The notes beneath the pieces are model-generated. The model worked only from the letters and a program-made list of their open reading frames with translations. It was not told where the DNA came from and did not search any database. A DNA stretch of 64,000 nt, from the NCBI RefSeq assembly GCF_024223415.1, contig NZ_CP100500.1, one strand, 5' to 3'. This document shows positions 38,169 through 48,662 of the stretch, piece after piece. The number at the start of each line of letters is the position of its first letter. Position 1 is the stretch's first letter. The translations under genes and the position numbers were made by a program. This DNA comes from Escherichia coli (GTDB taxonomy: Bacteria > Pseudomonadota > Gammaproteobacteria > Enterobacterales > Enterobacteriaceae).

Positions 38169-38675
38169 ATGGCCTTTTTATTGAATAAAAGTGATATGGC
38201 CTCCTCCATCGGTATCTCTGTTCAGGCATTTGATAAATGGGGCGTTCCTCCTGTCGAGCGTCGGGGGAGGGAAGTTTTTTATGACGTTAAAACTGTACTG
38301 GAGATAGATCGCGAGCGGCGACAACACAATCATAGAACACCTGATGACGGGGGCGATCTGGAGGAAAGGCTGCTTCGGGCCAGAGCTGAACTGACAGAAG
38401 AACAGGCCGTAGCTCAAAAACTTAAAAATCAGGTAACCGAAGGTAAGCTCATCGATTCAGACTTCTGCGTTTTCGCCCTCAGCAAGCTGGCAATGGCGTT
38501 ATCCAGTACGCTTGATTCCATCCCTTTATCCATGCAACGACAGTTTCCTGATTTAACACCGCGCCATCTTGACCATCTGAAAACCCTTATTGCGAAGGGG
38601 GCAAATCAGTGTGCGCGGGCAGGGGATAAATTACCGGATTTACTCGATGAATATATCAGAGCAACAACTGAATAA
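38169..38675 (+). CDS. nu1: terminase small subunit (Nu1-like)
   Basis: ...QAFDKWGVPPVERRG...FCVFALSKLAMALSSTLDSIPLSMQRQFPDLTPRHLDHLK resembles lambda Nu1; start codon uncertain (track ORF starts at 38064). Confidence 0.75.
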   Translation: MAFLLNKSDMASSIGISVQAFDKWGVPPVERRGREVFYDVKTVLEIDRERRQHNHRTPDDGGDLEERLLRARAELTEEQAVAQKLKNQVTEGKLIDSDFCVFALSKLAMALSSTLDSIPLSMQRQFPDLTPRHLDHLKTLIAKGANQCARAGDKLPDLLDEYIRATTE

Positions 38676-40575
38676 TATGATGAGTGCTGTCACAACAGCA
38701 TTACAGCCCCTGATAAGGGCATTGCCGGTGACGGCAGTTGAATGGGCTGACCAGTATTATTATCTGCCTAAAGAATCCTCATACGGTGACGGCGAATGGA
38801 AAACGCTGCCGTTCCAGATCGCCATCATGAACAGTATGGGTAATGACCTGATCCGCACTGTTAATCTGATTAAATCTGCCCGTATTGGTTATACAAAGAT
38901 GTTGCTGGGGGTGGTCGGGTATTTTATTGAGCATAAATCCCGAAACAGTCTGCTTTTTCAGCCCACGGATTCTGCCGCTGAAGATTTTATGAAGTCTCAC
39001 GTGGAGACGACGATTAGGGACGTGCCATGCCTGAAAGACCTTTCCCCATGGCTGGGTCGTAAACATCGTGATAATACCCTCACGCTGAAACGCTTTTCAT
39101 CGGGCGTCGGTTTCTGGTGCCTGGGCGGCGCTGCCGCCAAAAACTACCGTGAAAAATCCGTGGACGTGGTCTGCTATGACGAACTCTCATCGTTTGAACC
39201 TGATGTTGAAAAAGAGGGCTCGCCAACCCTGCTGGGGGATAAGCGTATTGAGGGCTCTGTATGGCCAAAATCCATTCGCGGCTCGACGCCTAAAATCAAA
39301 GGCTCCTGCCAGATCGAAAAAGCCGCTAACGAGTCGGCACATTTCATGCGTTTTTATGTGCCCTGTCCGCACTGTGGGGAGGAGCAGTATCTGAAATTTG
39401 GTGATGATGCCTCGGCTTTCGGTCTTAAGTGGGAGAAGAATAAGCCAGAAAGTGTTTTCTACCTTTGTGAGCATCATGGCTGTGTGATCCATCAGTCTGA
39501 GCTTGACCAGAGTAACGGGCGGTGGATCTGTGAAAACACGGGGATGTGGACCCGTGACGGTCTGACGTTTTTCAGCGCCCGGGGTGATGAAATTCCGCCG
39601 CCGCGCTCCATCACTTTCCATATCTGGACGGCGTACAGTCCGTTCACCACCTGGGTACAGATAGTCTATGACTGGCTGGATGCACTGAAAGATCCCAACG
39701 GCCTGAAAACCTTTGTGAACACCACGCTGGGCGAGACCTGGGAAGAGGCCGTGGGCGAAAAACTCGATCACCAGGTACTGATGGATAAGGTTGTGCGTTA
39801 CACGGCGGCGGTGCCTGCCCGGGTGGTTTATCTGACGGCGGGCATTGACTCGCAGCGAAACCGTTTTGAGATGTATGTCTGGGGATGGGCTCCGGGAGAG
39901 GAAGCCTTTCTGGTGGATAAAATCATCATTATGGGACGTCCCGATGAGGAAGAGACGCTGTTACGTGTGGATGCGGCGATCAACAAAAAATACTGCCATG
40001 CAGACGGAACCGAAATGACCATTTCCCGTGTCTGCTGGGACATCGGGGGGATCGATGGCGAAATCGTTTATCAGAGGTCAAAAAAACACGGTGTTTTCCG
40101 GGTGCTGCCGGTAAAAGGCGCATCTGTCTATGGCAAGCCGGTGATCACCATGCCAAAAACCCGCAATCAGCGGGGCGTGTATCTGTGTGAAGTGGGGACG
40201 GACACCGCAAAAGAAATTCTCTATGCCCGTATGAAAGCCGCTCCCACGCCTGCGGATGAATCCACGTCGTATGCCATCCGTTTTCCTGATGATCCGGAGA
40301 TTTTTTCGCAGACAGAGGCGCAGCAACTGGTCGCGGAAGAGCTTGTGGAGAAGTGGGAAAAAGGAAAGATGCGTCTGCTGTGGGATAACAAAAAGCGGCG
40401 TAACGAAGCGCTGGACTGCCTGGTGTATGCCTACGCGGCATTACGTGTGTCCGTGCAACGCTGGCAGCTTGATCTGGCTGTACTGGCAAAATCCCGGGAA
40501 GAAGAGACGACCCGGCCAACCCTTAAAGAACTGGCAGCGAAGCTGTCCGGAGGAGTGAATGGTTACAGTCGCTGA
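38647..40575 (+). CDS. A: terminase large subunit (gpA-like)
   Basis: MNISEQQLNN...; conserved blocks TAVEWAD, KNYREKSVDV, CPHCGEEQYLKFGD, YLTAGIDSQ, KRRNEALDC match lambda gpA. Confidence 0.9.
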   Translation: MNISEQQLNNMMSAVTTALQPLIRALPVTAVEWADQYYYLPKESSYGDGEWKTLPFQIAIMNSMGNDLIRTVNLIKSARIGYTKMLLGVVGYFIEHKSRNSLLFQPTDSAAEDFMKSHVETTIRDVPCLKDLSPWLGRKHRDNTLTLKRFSSGVGFWCLGGAAAKNYREKSVDVVCYDELSSFEPDVEKEGSPTLLGDKRIEGSVWPKSIRGSTPKIKGSCQIEKAANESAHFMRFYVPCPHCGEEQYLKFGDDASAFGLKWEKNKPESVFYLCEHHGCVIHQSELDQSNGRWICENTGMWTRDGLTFFSARGDEIPPPRSITFHIWTAYSPFTTWVQIVYDWLDALKDPNGLKTFVNTTLGETWEEAVGEKLDHQVLMDKVVRYTAAVPARVVYLTAGIDSQRNRFEMYVWGWAPGEEAFLVDKIIIMGRPDEEETLLRVDAAINKKYCHADGTEMTISRVCWDIGGIDGEIVYQRSKKHGVFRVLPVKGASVYGKPVITMPKTRNQRGVYLCEVGTDTAKEILYARMKAAPTPADESTSYAIRFPDDPEIFSQTEAQQLVAEELVEKWEKGKMRLLWDNKKRRNEALDCLVYAYAALRVSVQRWQLDLAVLAKSREEETTRPTLKELAAKLSGGVNGYSR

Positions 40576-40765
40576 ACTGCAGGCGCTGCGTCAGGCGCGC
40601 CTTGATTTATTAACCGGTAAACGGGTGGTGTCTGTCCAGAAAGATGGTCGCAGAATTGAATATACGGCGGCTTCTCTGGATGAGCTTAACCGGGCGATCA
40701 ATGATGCGGAGTCGGTACTGGGGACAACCCGACGTCGCCGTCGTCCGCTGGGAGTGAGGTTATGA
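40559..40765 (+). CDS. W: head-tail joining protein W
   Basis: 68 aa ...LTGKRVVSVQKDGRRIEYTAASLDELNRAI...; lambda gpW-like. Confidence 0.8.
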   Translation: MVTVAELQALRQARLDLLTGKRVVSVQKDGRRIEYTAASLDELNRAINDAESVLGTTRRRRRPLGVRL

Positions 40766-42354
40766 AAAGAACGCCTGTCCTGATTGATGTGAACGGCGTT
40801 CCGCTTCGTGAGAGTCTCAGCTACAACGGGGGCGGCGCAGGATTTGGCGGGCAAATGGCGGAGTGGTTGCCACCGGCGCAGAGTGTCGATGCGGCCCTGC
40901 TGCCCGCGTTGCGTCTGGGGAATGCCCGGGCAGATGATCTGGTGCGCAATAACGGAATAGCGGCTAATGCGGTGGCCCTGCATAAGGATCACATAGTCGG
41001 GCATATGTTTCTGATCAGCTACCGTCCGAACTGGCGCTGGCTGGGGATGCGGGAGACCGCAGCAAAAAGCTTTGTCGATGAGGTGGAGGCGGCCTGGTCG
41101 GAATACGCCGAAGGGATGTCTGGCGAGATCGACGTGGAAGGAAAACGCACGTTCACGGAATTTATCCGGGAAGGCGTGGGCGTTCATGCGTTTAACGGCG
41201 AAATCTTTGTGCAGCCGGTCTGGGATGCGGAGACTACGCAGCTGTTTCGTACGCGTTTTAAAGCCGTGAGTCCGAAACGGGTGGACACGCCAGGATACGG
41301 TTTGGGGAACCGCTTTCTGCGGGCCGGGGTGGAGGTCGATCGGCATGGACGGGCCGTTGCGTACCATATCTGTGAGGATGATTTTCCGCTCTCTGGTAGT
41401 GGACGATGGGAACGGATCCCGCGTGAACTTCCCACCGGGCGTCCGGCCATGCTGCATATTTTCGAGCCGGTTGAGGACGGGCAGACCCGTGGGGCTAATC
41501 AGTTTTACAGCGTCATGGAACGGCTGAAAATGCTCGATTCCCTGCAGGCAACACAGCTTCAGTCAGCCATAGTGAAGGCGATGTATGCAGCGACGATTGA
41601 AAGTGAACTTGATACCGAAAAGGCCTTTGAATATATCGCCGGTGCGCCGGAGGGGCAGAAGGATAATCCGCTTATTAATATTCTGGAGAAGTTCTCCAGC
41701 TGGTATGACACGAATAACGTGACACTGGGCGGTGTCAAAATTCCGCACCTTTTCCCCGGTGATGATCTGAAACTACAGACTGCGCAGGATTCAGACAATG
41801 GATTTTCTGCGCTTGAACAGGCGCTGCTGCGGTATATCGCCGCCGGTCTTGGCGTTTCCTACGAACAGTTGTCCCGTGATTACTCGAAGGTCAGCTATTC
41901 AAGTGCCCGCGCCTCCGCCAATGAGTCGTGGCGCTATTTTATGGGGCGGCGAAAATTTATTGCGGCCCGGCTGGCCACGCAGATGTTTTCCTGCTGGCTG
42001 GAAGAGGCTCTTCTGCGGGGGATTATTCGTCCGCCACGGGCGCGTTTTGATTTTTATCAGGCGCGTTCATCCTGGTCACGGGCAGAGTGGATTGGAGCCG
42101 GAAGAATGGCCATTGACGGGCTCAAGGAGGTCCAGGAATCGGTGATGCGCATTGAGGCCGGACTGAGCACGTATGAGAAAGAGCTGGCGCTGATGGGTGA
42201 GGATTATCAGGACATTTTCCGCCAGCAGGTCAGGGAATCTGCAGAGCGGGAAAAAGCCGGACTCTCACGTCCGGTGTGGATAGCGCAGGCGTATCAGCAG
42301 CAGATAGCGGCGAGTCGCAGGCCGGAAGAGGAGACAACACCACGTGAGACGTAA
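40762..42354 (+). CDS. B: portal protein (gpB-like)
   Basis: MKRTPVLIDVNGVPLRESLSYNGGGAGFGGQMAEWLPPAQ...; lambda gpB-like, 530 aa. Confidence 0.9.
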   Translation: MKRTPVLIDVNGVPLRESLSYNGGGAGFGGQMAEWLPPAQSVDAALLPALRLGNARADDLVRNNGIAANAVALHKDHIVGHMFLISYRPNWRWLGMRETAAKSFVDEVEAAWSEYAEGMSGEIDVEGKRTFTEFIREGVGVHAFNGEIFVQPVWDAETTQLFRTRFKAVSPKRVDTPGYGLGNRFLRAGVEVDRHGRAVAYHICEDDFPLSGSGRWERIPRELPTGRPAMLHIFEPVEDGQTRGANQFYSVMERLKMLDSLQATQLQSAIVKAMYAATIESELDTEKAFEYIAGAPEGQKDNPLINILEKFSSWYDTNNVTLGGVKIPHLFPGDDLKLQTAQDSDNGFSALEQALLRYIAAGLGVSYEQLSRDYSKVSYSSARASANESWRYFMGRRKFIAARLATQMFSCWLEEALLRGIIRPPRARFDFYQARSSWSRAEWIGAGRMAIDGLKEVQESVMRIEAGLSTYEKELALMGEDYQDIFRQQVRESAEREKAGLSRPVWIAQAYQQQIAASRRPEEETTPRET

Positions 42355-43849
42355 TCTTTCACACATTATTGCCGCAGCATTCAATGAACCGCTGCTTCTG
42401 GAGCCCGCCTATGCGCGGGTTTTCTTTTGCGCGCTCGGGCGCGAGATGGGGGCAGCAAGTCTTTCGGTACCACAACAGCAGGTACAGCTTGATGCTCCCG
42501 GAATGCTGGCTGAAACGGACGAGTACATGGCCGGAGGTAAACGACCGGCCCGTGTTTACCGGGTGGTGAACGGTATTGCTGTACTGCCGGTGACCGGCAT
42601 GCTGGTGCACCGGCTGGGTGGTATGCGGCCATTTTCCGGAATGACAGGCTATGACGGCATTGTCGCCTGTCTTCAGCAGGCAATGGCGGACACCGCTGTC
42701 CGGGGCGTACTGCTGGACATTGACAGTCCGGGCGGGCAGGTCGCAGGCGCGTTTGACTGCGCTGACATGATTTACCGCCTCCGTCAGCAGAAGCCGGTCT
42801 GGGCACTGTGCAATGACACGGCCTGTTCTGCAGCCATGCTGCTGGCGTCGGCCTGCTCCCGACGGCTGGTTACCCAGACATCCCGTATCGGCTCCATTGG
42901 CGTGATGATGAGCCATCTCAGCTATGCCGGTCATCTGGCGCAGGCCGGTGTGGATATCACGCTGATTTATGCCGGGGCGCACAAGGTGGATGGCAATCAG
43001 TTTGAAGCCTTACCGGAAGAGGTGCGTCAGGACATGCAGCAGCGCATTGATGCGGCACACCGGATGTTTGCCGAAAAAGTGGCGATGTATACCGGGCTGT
43101 CTGTGGATGTGGTCACGGGAACAGAGGCCGCCGTTTTTGAAGGTCAGTCCGGCATTGAGGCCGGGCTGGCGGATGAATTAGTCAATGCGTCGGATGCCAT
43201 CAGTGTGATGACCACGGCGCTGTACACACATGATACAGGAGGCACTATGCCGCAATTAACTGCAACGGAAGCCGCCGCGCAGGAGAACCAGCGAGTGATG
43301 GGGATCCTGACGAGTAAGGAAGCGAAAGGACGTGAACAGCTTGCCACGATGCTGGCGGGACAACAGGGCATGAGCGTTGAACAGGCCCGGGAGATCCTGG
43401 CCGCGGCGGCACCACAGCAGCCGGTGGCATCCGCGCAGAGTGAAGCCGATCGCATTATGGCGTGTGAAGAGGCGAAAGGTCGTGAACAACTGGCGGCAAC
43501 GCTGGCGGCGATGCCGGAGATGACGGTGGAAAAAGCCCGCCCGATCCTGGCAGCTTCACCGCAGGCGGATGCCGGACCATCACTCCGTGATCAGATCATG
43601 GCCCTGGATGAGGCAAAAGGGGCTGAGGCGCAGGCTGAACAGCTGGCTGCCTGCCCGGGAATGACCGTGGAGAACGCCCGGGCTGTGCTGGCTGCGGGAT
43701 CAGGTAAGGCAGAACCGGTCTCTGCATCCACAACCGCCATGTTTGAACATTTCATGGCGAACCATTCACCGGCAGCGGTACAGGGTGGCGTGCCACAGAC
43801 GTCAGCAGACGGTGATGCGGACGTGAAAATGCTCATGGCCATGCCATGA
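42344..43849 (+). CDS. C: head protease/scaffold (gpC-like, S49 peptidase) with C-terminal tandem repeats
   Basis: ...AAFNEPLLLEPAYARVFFCALG..., S49 block GSIGVMMSH; C-terminal part carries three ~35-aa repeats (EAKGREQLA...MSVEQAREILAA). Confidence 0.85.
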   Translation: MRRNLSHIIAAAFNEPLLLEPAYARVFFCALGREMGAASLSVPQQQVQLDAPGMLAETDEYMAGGKRPARVYRVVNGIAVLPVTGMLVHRLGGMRPFSGMTGYDGIVACLQQAMADTAVRGVLLDIDSPGGQVAGAFDCADMIYRLRQQKPVWALCNDTACSAAMLLASACSRRLVTQTSRIGSIGVMMSHLSYAGHLAQAGVDITLIYAGAHKVDGNQFEALPEEVRQDMQQRIDAAHRMFAEKVAMYTGLSVDVVTGTEAAVFEGQSGIEAGLADELVNASDAISVMTTALYTHDTGGTMPQLTATEAAAQENQRVMGILTSKEAKGREQLATMLAGQQGMSVEQAREILAAAAPQQPVASAQSEADRIMACEEAKGREQLAATLAAMPEMTVEKARPILAASPQADAGPSLRDQIMALDEAKGAEAQAEQLAACPGMTVENARAVLAAGSGKAEPVSASTTAMFEHFMANHSPAAVQGGVPQTSADGDADVKMLMAMP

Positions 43850-43885
43850 AGCCAGTGCTGACCATCAATAGGAGGTTTTTACAAT

Positions 43886-44233
43886 ATGGTAACGAAAACC
43901 ATCACTGAACAGCGTGCGGAAGTACGTATTTTTGCCGGTAATGATCCGGCTCATACCGCCACAGGCAGCAGCGGGATTTCCTCGCCAACACCGGCACTGA
44001 CGCCCCTGATGCTGGATGAAGCCACCGGGAAACTGGTGGTCTGGGACGGACAGAAAGCCGGTAGTGCGGTTGGCATACTGGTACTGCCGCTTGAAGGCAC
44101 AGAGACGGTGCTGACGTATTACAAGTCGGGAACCTTTGCGACGGAGGCAATCCGCTGGCCTGACAGTGTGGATGAACACAAAAAGGCCAACGCCTTTGCC
44201 GGTAGTGCCCTGAGTCACGCGGCGCTGCCGTAA
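43886..44233 (+). CDS. D: head decoration protein D
   Basis: ...DPAHTATGSSGISSPTPALTPLMLDEATGKLVVWDG...YKSGTF... lambda gpD-like. Confidence 0.85.
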   Translation: MVTKTITEQRAEVRIFAGNDPAHTATGSSGISSPTPALTPLMLDEATGKLVVWDGQKAGSAVGILVLPLEGTETVLTYYKSGTFATEAIRWPDSVDEHKKANAFAGSALSHAALP

Positions 44234-44290
44234 CACGTTATCAGGCCACCGCGGTGGCCTGACTGATTTCTGAATGAAAGGAACTGATTT

Positions 44291-45318
44291 ATGGGATTGT
44301 TTACGACCCGCCAGTTACTCGGTTATACCGAACAAAAAGTGAAATTTCGTGCGCTGTTTCTGGAGCTGTTTTTCCGTCGTACGGTGAATTTCCATACCGA
44401 AGAGGTGATGCTGGACAAAATTACCGGAAAAACGCCGGTGGCGGCCTATGTCTCCCCGGTTGTTGAAGGAAAAGTGCTGCGTCATCGTGGTGGTGAAACC
44501 CGCGTGTTGCGTCCGGGCTACGTCAAGCCGAAACACGAATTTAATTCCCGGCAGGCGGTTGAGCGCCTTCCTGGTGAAGATCCGGCTCAACTGAACGATC
44601 CGGCTTACCGCCGTCTGCGTATCATTACCGATAACCTCAAACAGGAAGAGCACGCGATTGTCCAGGTGGAAGAAATGCAGGCGGTAAATGCCGTGCTGTA
44701 TGGCAAATACACCATGGAAGGAGACCAGTTCGAGAAAATTGAGGTCGATTTTGGCAGGTCGACGAAGAATAACATTACGCAGGCCAGTGGTAAAAAATGG
44801 TCTGAGCACGATCGTGACACGTTCGATCCTGCGCATGATATTGACCTCTACTGCGACCAGGCCAGCGGCCTTGTGAATATTGCCATTATGGACGGTACCG
44901 TCTGGCGTCTGCTGAATGGTTTTAAGCTGTTCCGCGAAAAACTGGATACCCGTCGCGGTTCAAATTCGCAACTCGAAACGGCAGTGAAAGACCTGGGGGC
45001 GGTGGTGTCTTTCAAAGGGTATTACGGTGATCTGGCCATTGTGGTGGCGAAAACGTCTTATGTGGCAGAGGACGGTACCGAAAAACGTTATCTGCCAGAC
45101 GGCACGCTGGTCCTGGGGAATACTGCTGCAGATGGGATCCGTTGTTACGGTGCCATTCAGGATGCACAGGCGTTGTCTGAAGGAGTGGTGCCTCTTCCCG
45201 TTATCCGAAACACTGGCTGACGGTGGGGGATCCCGCCCGTGAATTTACCATGACGCAGTCCGCGCCGCTGATGGTGTTGCCGGACCCGGATGAGTTTGTG
45301 GTGGTACAGGTGAAATAA
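44291..45318 (+). pseudogene. E: major capsid protein (gpE-like), frameshifted near the 3' end
   Basis: Main frame ends ...EGVVPLPVIRNTG* at 45220; the conserved gpE C-terminus (YPKHWLTVGDPAREFTMTQSAPLMVLPDPDEFVVVQVK) continues in another frame from about 45200 to a stop at 45316..45318; shift sits at a CCC run 45197..45199. Confidence 0.8.
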
Positions 45319-45369
45319 TCCGTGAGCGGGGGCGAAATGCCCCCGTGTCTTTTTTCACAGGGGGCTGAT

Positions 45370-45732
45370 ATGGCAACGAAAGAGCAAAATCTGAAACGGC
45401 TTGATGAACTGGCCCTGATTCTGGGGCGTGAGCCGGATATATCCGGGAGTGCCGCAGAGATAGCGCAGCGGGTGGCGGAATGGGAAGAGGAAGCAGAGGA
45501 CAAAAACCAGGAGAGTGATGAGAACGAAAGGCATTTGATGACGTATAGCCACTCCACTGGCGGGGATGAAATGAGCACTGTTCGTGTACTCAAAACCCTG
45601 CATGTGGCGGGAAAACATCCGCATGATGACAGTGATATGGAGATTGTTGTTACAGGTATGACTGTCAGAGTTGATCCAGTGAATGTTGCGGAACTTGTCC
45701 TGGAGGGGCTTGTTACAGATGAAAGTTATTAA
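45370..45732 (+). CDS. DNA packaging protein FI-like (tentative)
   Basis: MATKEQNLKRLDELALILG...; acidic; called by position between E and FII. Confidence 0.5.
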   Translation: MATKEQNLKRLDELALILGREPDISGSAAEIAQRVAEWEEEAEDKNQESDENERHLMTYSHSTGGDEMSTVRVLKTLHVAGKHPHDDSDMEIVVTGMTVRVDPVNVAELVLEGLVTDESY

Positions 45733-46081
45733 TATCAGGGATAACGGTTTTGATACAGCCATTGCCCGGGCTGATGAAACGATACGCGGGCATATGGGAA
45801 CGTCAGCCACCATTACATCCGGTGAGCAGCCCGGCGCAGTAATACGTGGTGTTTTTGATGACCCTGAAAATATCAGCTATGCCGGACAGGGCGTGCGCGT
45901 TGAAGGCTCCAGCCCGTCCCTGTTTGTCCGGACTGATGATGTGCGGCAACTGCGGCGTGGAGACACGCTGACCATCGGTGAGGAAAACTTCTGGATAGAC
46001 CGGGTTTCGCCGGATGATGGCGGAAGCTGTCATCTCTGGCTTGGGCGGGGCGTACCGCCTGCCGTTAATCGTCGCCGCTGA
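45719..46081 (+). CDS. FII: head-tail connector FII
   Basis: ...FDTAIARADETIRGHMGTSATITSGEQPGAVIRGVFDDPENISYAGQGVRVEGSSPSLFVRTDDVRQLRRGDT... near-identical to lambda FII. Confidence 0.88.
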   Translation: MKVINIRDNGFDTAIARADETIRGHMGTSATITSGEQPGAVIRGVFDDPENISYAGQGVRVEGSSPSLFVRTDDVRQLRRGDTLTIGEENFWIDRVSPDDGGSCHLWLGRGVPPAVNRRR

Positions 46082-46092
46082 AAGGGGGATGT

Positions 46093-46668
46093 ATGGCCAT
46101 ACAGGGTCTTGAGCAGGCCGTTGAAAACCTCAGCCGTATCAGCAGAACGGCGGTGCCTGGTGCCGCCGCAATGGCCATTAACCGCGTGGCCACAACGGCG
46201 ATTAATCAGTCTTCGTCTCAGGTCGCCCGTGAAACCCGGGTGCCGAGAAAACTTGTTAAAGAGCGATCCAGACTGAAACGGGCTACGGTCAGAAATCCGA
46301 ACGCAAAAATTATCGTTAACCGCGGCGATCTTCCTGTGATTAAGCTGGGGATCAGGATGCTGGGACGTCGCCCGAACAGCATACTCAAAGCCGGTCAGCA
46401 TCGTTATCAGCGGGCATTCATCCAGCGACTGAATAATGGGCGCTGGCATGTTATGCAACGTCTGCCAGAAGCCAGGTATGCGAAGGGCAATGACGATAAG
46501 GGAAGGAAAAAGCGTAATCGTCTTCCCATTCAGGTGGTGAAAATTCCGATGTCGGCCCCACTGAAACAGGCTTTTGATGAGAACGTTAACCGTATCCGAC
46601 GCGAACGTCTGCCAAAAGAACTGAGCTATGCGCTGAAACAACAACTGAGGATTGTGATAAAGCGATGA
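46093..46668 (+). CDS. Z: tail completion protein Z
   Basis: MAIQGLEQAVENLSRISRTAVPGAAAMAINRVA... lambda gpZ-like. Confidence 0.85.
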   Translation: MAIQGLEQAVENLSRISRTAVPGAAAMAINRVATTAINQSSSQVARETRVPRKLVKERSRLKRATVRNPNAKIIVNRGDLPVIKLGIRMLGRRPNSILKAGQHRYQRAFIQRLNNGRWHVMQRLPEARYAKGNDDKGRKKRNRLPIQVVKIPMSAPLKQAFDENVNRIRRERLPKELSYALKQQLRIVIKR

Positions 46669-47060
46669 AAAATACTGATATCCGTACAGCCGTACTGGAT
46701 GCACTGGAGAAGCATGACACCGGGGCGACGTTTTTTGATGGTCGCCCCGCTGTTTTTGATGAGGCGGATTTTCCGGCAGTTGCCGTTTATCTCACCGGCG
46801 CTGAATACACGGGCGAAGAGCTGGACAGCGATACCTGGCAGGCGGAGCTGCATATTGAAGTTTTCCTGCCTGCTCAGGTGCCGGATTCAGAGCTGGATTC
46901 GTGGATGGAGTCCCGGATTTATCCGGTGATGAGCGATATCCCGGCACTGTCAGATTTGATCACCAGTATGGTGGCCAGTGGCTATGACTACCGGCGCGAC
47001 GATGATGCGGGCCTGTGGAGTTCAGCCGATCTGACTTATGTCATTACCTATGAAATGTGA
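46665..47060 (+). CDS. U: tail terminator protein U
   Basis: 131-aa ORF ATGA-coupled to Z; lambda gpU position and size. Confidence 0.8.
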   Translation: MKNTDIRTAVLDALEKHDTGATFFDGRPAVFDEADFPAVAVYLTGAEYTGEELDSDTWQAELHIEVFLPAQVPDSELDSWMESRIYPVMSDIPALSDLITSMVASGYDYRRDDDAGLWSSADLTYVITYEM

Positions 47061-47067
47061 GGACGAT

Positions 47068-47808
47068 ATGCCAACACCAAATCCTCTGGCACCGGTGAAA
47101 GGGGCCGGGACCACACTGTGGGTTTATAAGGGGAACGGTGACCCTTATGCGAACCCGCTTTCAGACAATGACTGGTCGCGTCTGGCTAAAGTTAAAGACC
47201 TGACGCCCGGCGAACTGACCGCAGATTTCTATGACGACAGCTATCTCGATGATGAAGATTCGGACTGGGCCGCGACCGGACAGGGGCAGAAATCCGCCGG
47301 AGATACCAGCTTCACGCTGGCGTGGATGCCCGGAGAGCAGGGGCAGCAGGCGCTGCTGGCGTGGTTTAATGAAGGTGATACCCGTGCCTATAAAATCCGC
47401 TTCCCGAACGGCACGGTCGATGTGTTCCGCGGCTGGGTCAGCAGCATCGGTAAGGCGGTGACAGCGAAGGAAGTGATCACCCGCACGGTGAAAGTCACCA
47501 ACGTGGGACGTCCGTCGATGGCAGAAGATCGCAGCACGCTAACAGCGGCAACCGGCATGACCGTGACGCCTGCCAGCACCTCGGTGGTGAAAGGGCAGAG
47601 CACCACGCTGACCGTGGCATTCCAGCCGGAAGGCGCAACCGACAAGAGCTTCCGTGCGGTGTCTGCGGATAAAACAAAAGCCACCGTGTCGGTCAGTGGT
47701 ATGACCATCACCGTGAAGGGCGTTGCTGCAGGCAGGGTCAACATTCCGGTCGTATCCGGTAATGGTGAACTTGCTGCGGTTGCAGAAATCAACGTCACCG
47801 CCAGTTAA
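47068..47808 (+). CDS. V: major tail protein V
   Basis: [33 protein letters not shown]... with C-terminal Ig-like domain; near-identical to lambda gpV. Confidence 0.9.
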   Translation: MPTPNPLAPVKGAGTTLWVYKGNGDPYANPLSDNDWSRLAKVKDLTPGELTADFYDDSYLDDEDSDWAATGQGQKSAGDTSFTLAWMPGEQGQQALLAWFNEGDTRAYKIRFPNGTVDVFRGWVSSIGKAVTAKEVITRTVKVTNVGRPSMAEDRSTLTAATGMTVTPASTSVVKGQSTTLTVAFQPEGATDKSFRAVSADKTKATVSVSGMTITVKGVAAGRVNIPVVSGNGELAAVAEINVTAS

Positions 47809-47823
47809 TCCGGAGAGTCAGCG

Positions 47824-48246
47824 ATGTTCCTGAAAAACGAATCATTTGAACATAACGGCGTGACCGTCACGCTTTCTGAACTGTCAGCCCTGCAGCGTAT
47901 TGAGCATCTTGCCTGGTTGAAAGAGCAGGAAAAAAAGGCTGAATCCAGTGGCAACCTGCAGGTGTCTGTAGAGGATCTTATCAGAGGCGGGGCGTTTCTG
48001 GTGGCGATGTCTCTGTGGCATAACCATCCGCAGAAGACAAAGCTGCTGCCCATGAATGAAGCCATTACGCAGATTGAGCAGGAAGTGCTTACCACCTGGC
48101 CCACGGAGGCAATTGCTCAGGCTGAAAACGTGGTGTTACGTCTGTCCGGAATGTCTGAGTTTGTTGTGAATAATGCCCCTGAACAGGCAGATGACGCCGG
48201 GCCTGCAGAGCCTGTTTCTGCGGGAAAGTGTTCGACGGTGAGCTGA
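47824..48246 (+). CDS. G: tail assembly chaperone G
   Basis: MFLKNESFEHNGVTVTLSELSALQRIEHLAW...; ends just after the slippery heptamer. Confidence 0.85.
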   Translation: MFLKNESFEHNGVTVTLSELSALQRIEHLAWLKEQEKKAESSGNLQVSVEDLIRGGAFLVAMSLWHNHPQKTKLLPMNEAITQIEQEVLTTWPTEAIAQAENVVLRLSGMSEFVVNNAPEQADDAGPAEPVSAGKCSTVS

Positions 48247-48662
48247 GTTTTGCCCTGAAACTGGCGCGTGAGATGGGGCGACCCGACTGGCGCGCCATGC
48301 TTGCCGGGATGTCATCCACGGAGTATGCCGACTGGCACCGCTTTTACAGTACCCATTATTTTCATGATGTTCTGCTGGATATGCACTTTTCCGGGCTGAC
48401 GTACACCGTGCTCAGCCTGTTTTTCAGCGATCCGGATATGCATCCGCTGGATTTCAGTCTGCTGAACCGGCGCGAGGCTGACGAAGAGCCTGAAGATGAT
48501 GTGCTGATGCAGAAAGCGGCAGGGCTTGCCGGAGGCGTCCGCTTTGGCCCGGACGGGAATGAAGTTATCCCTGCATCCCCGGATGTGGCGGACATGACGG
48601 AGGATGACGTAATGCTGATGACAGTATCAGAAGGGATCGCAGGAGGAGTCCGGTATGGCTGA
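47824..48662 (+). CDS. GT: G-T fusion product via programmed -1 frameshift
   Basis: Slippery GGGAAAG at 48222..48228; the -1 frame continues as track ORF 48228..48662 (T). Confidence 0.7.
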
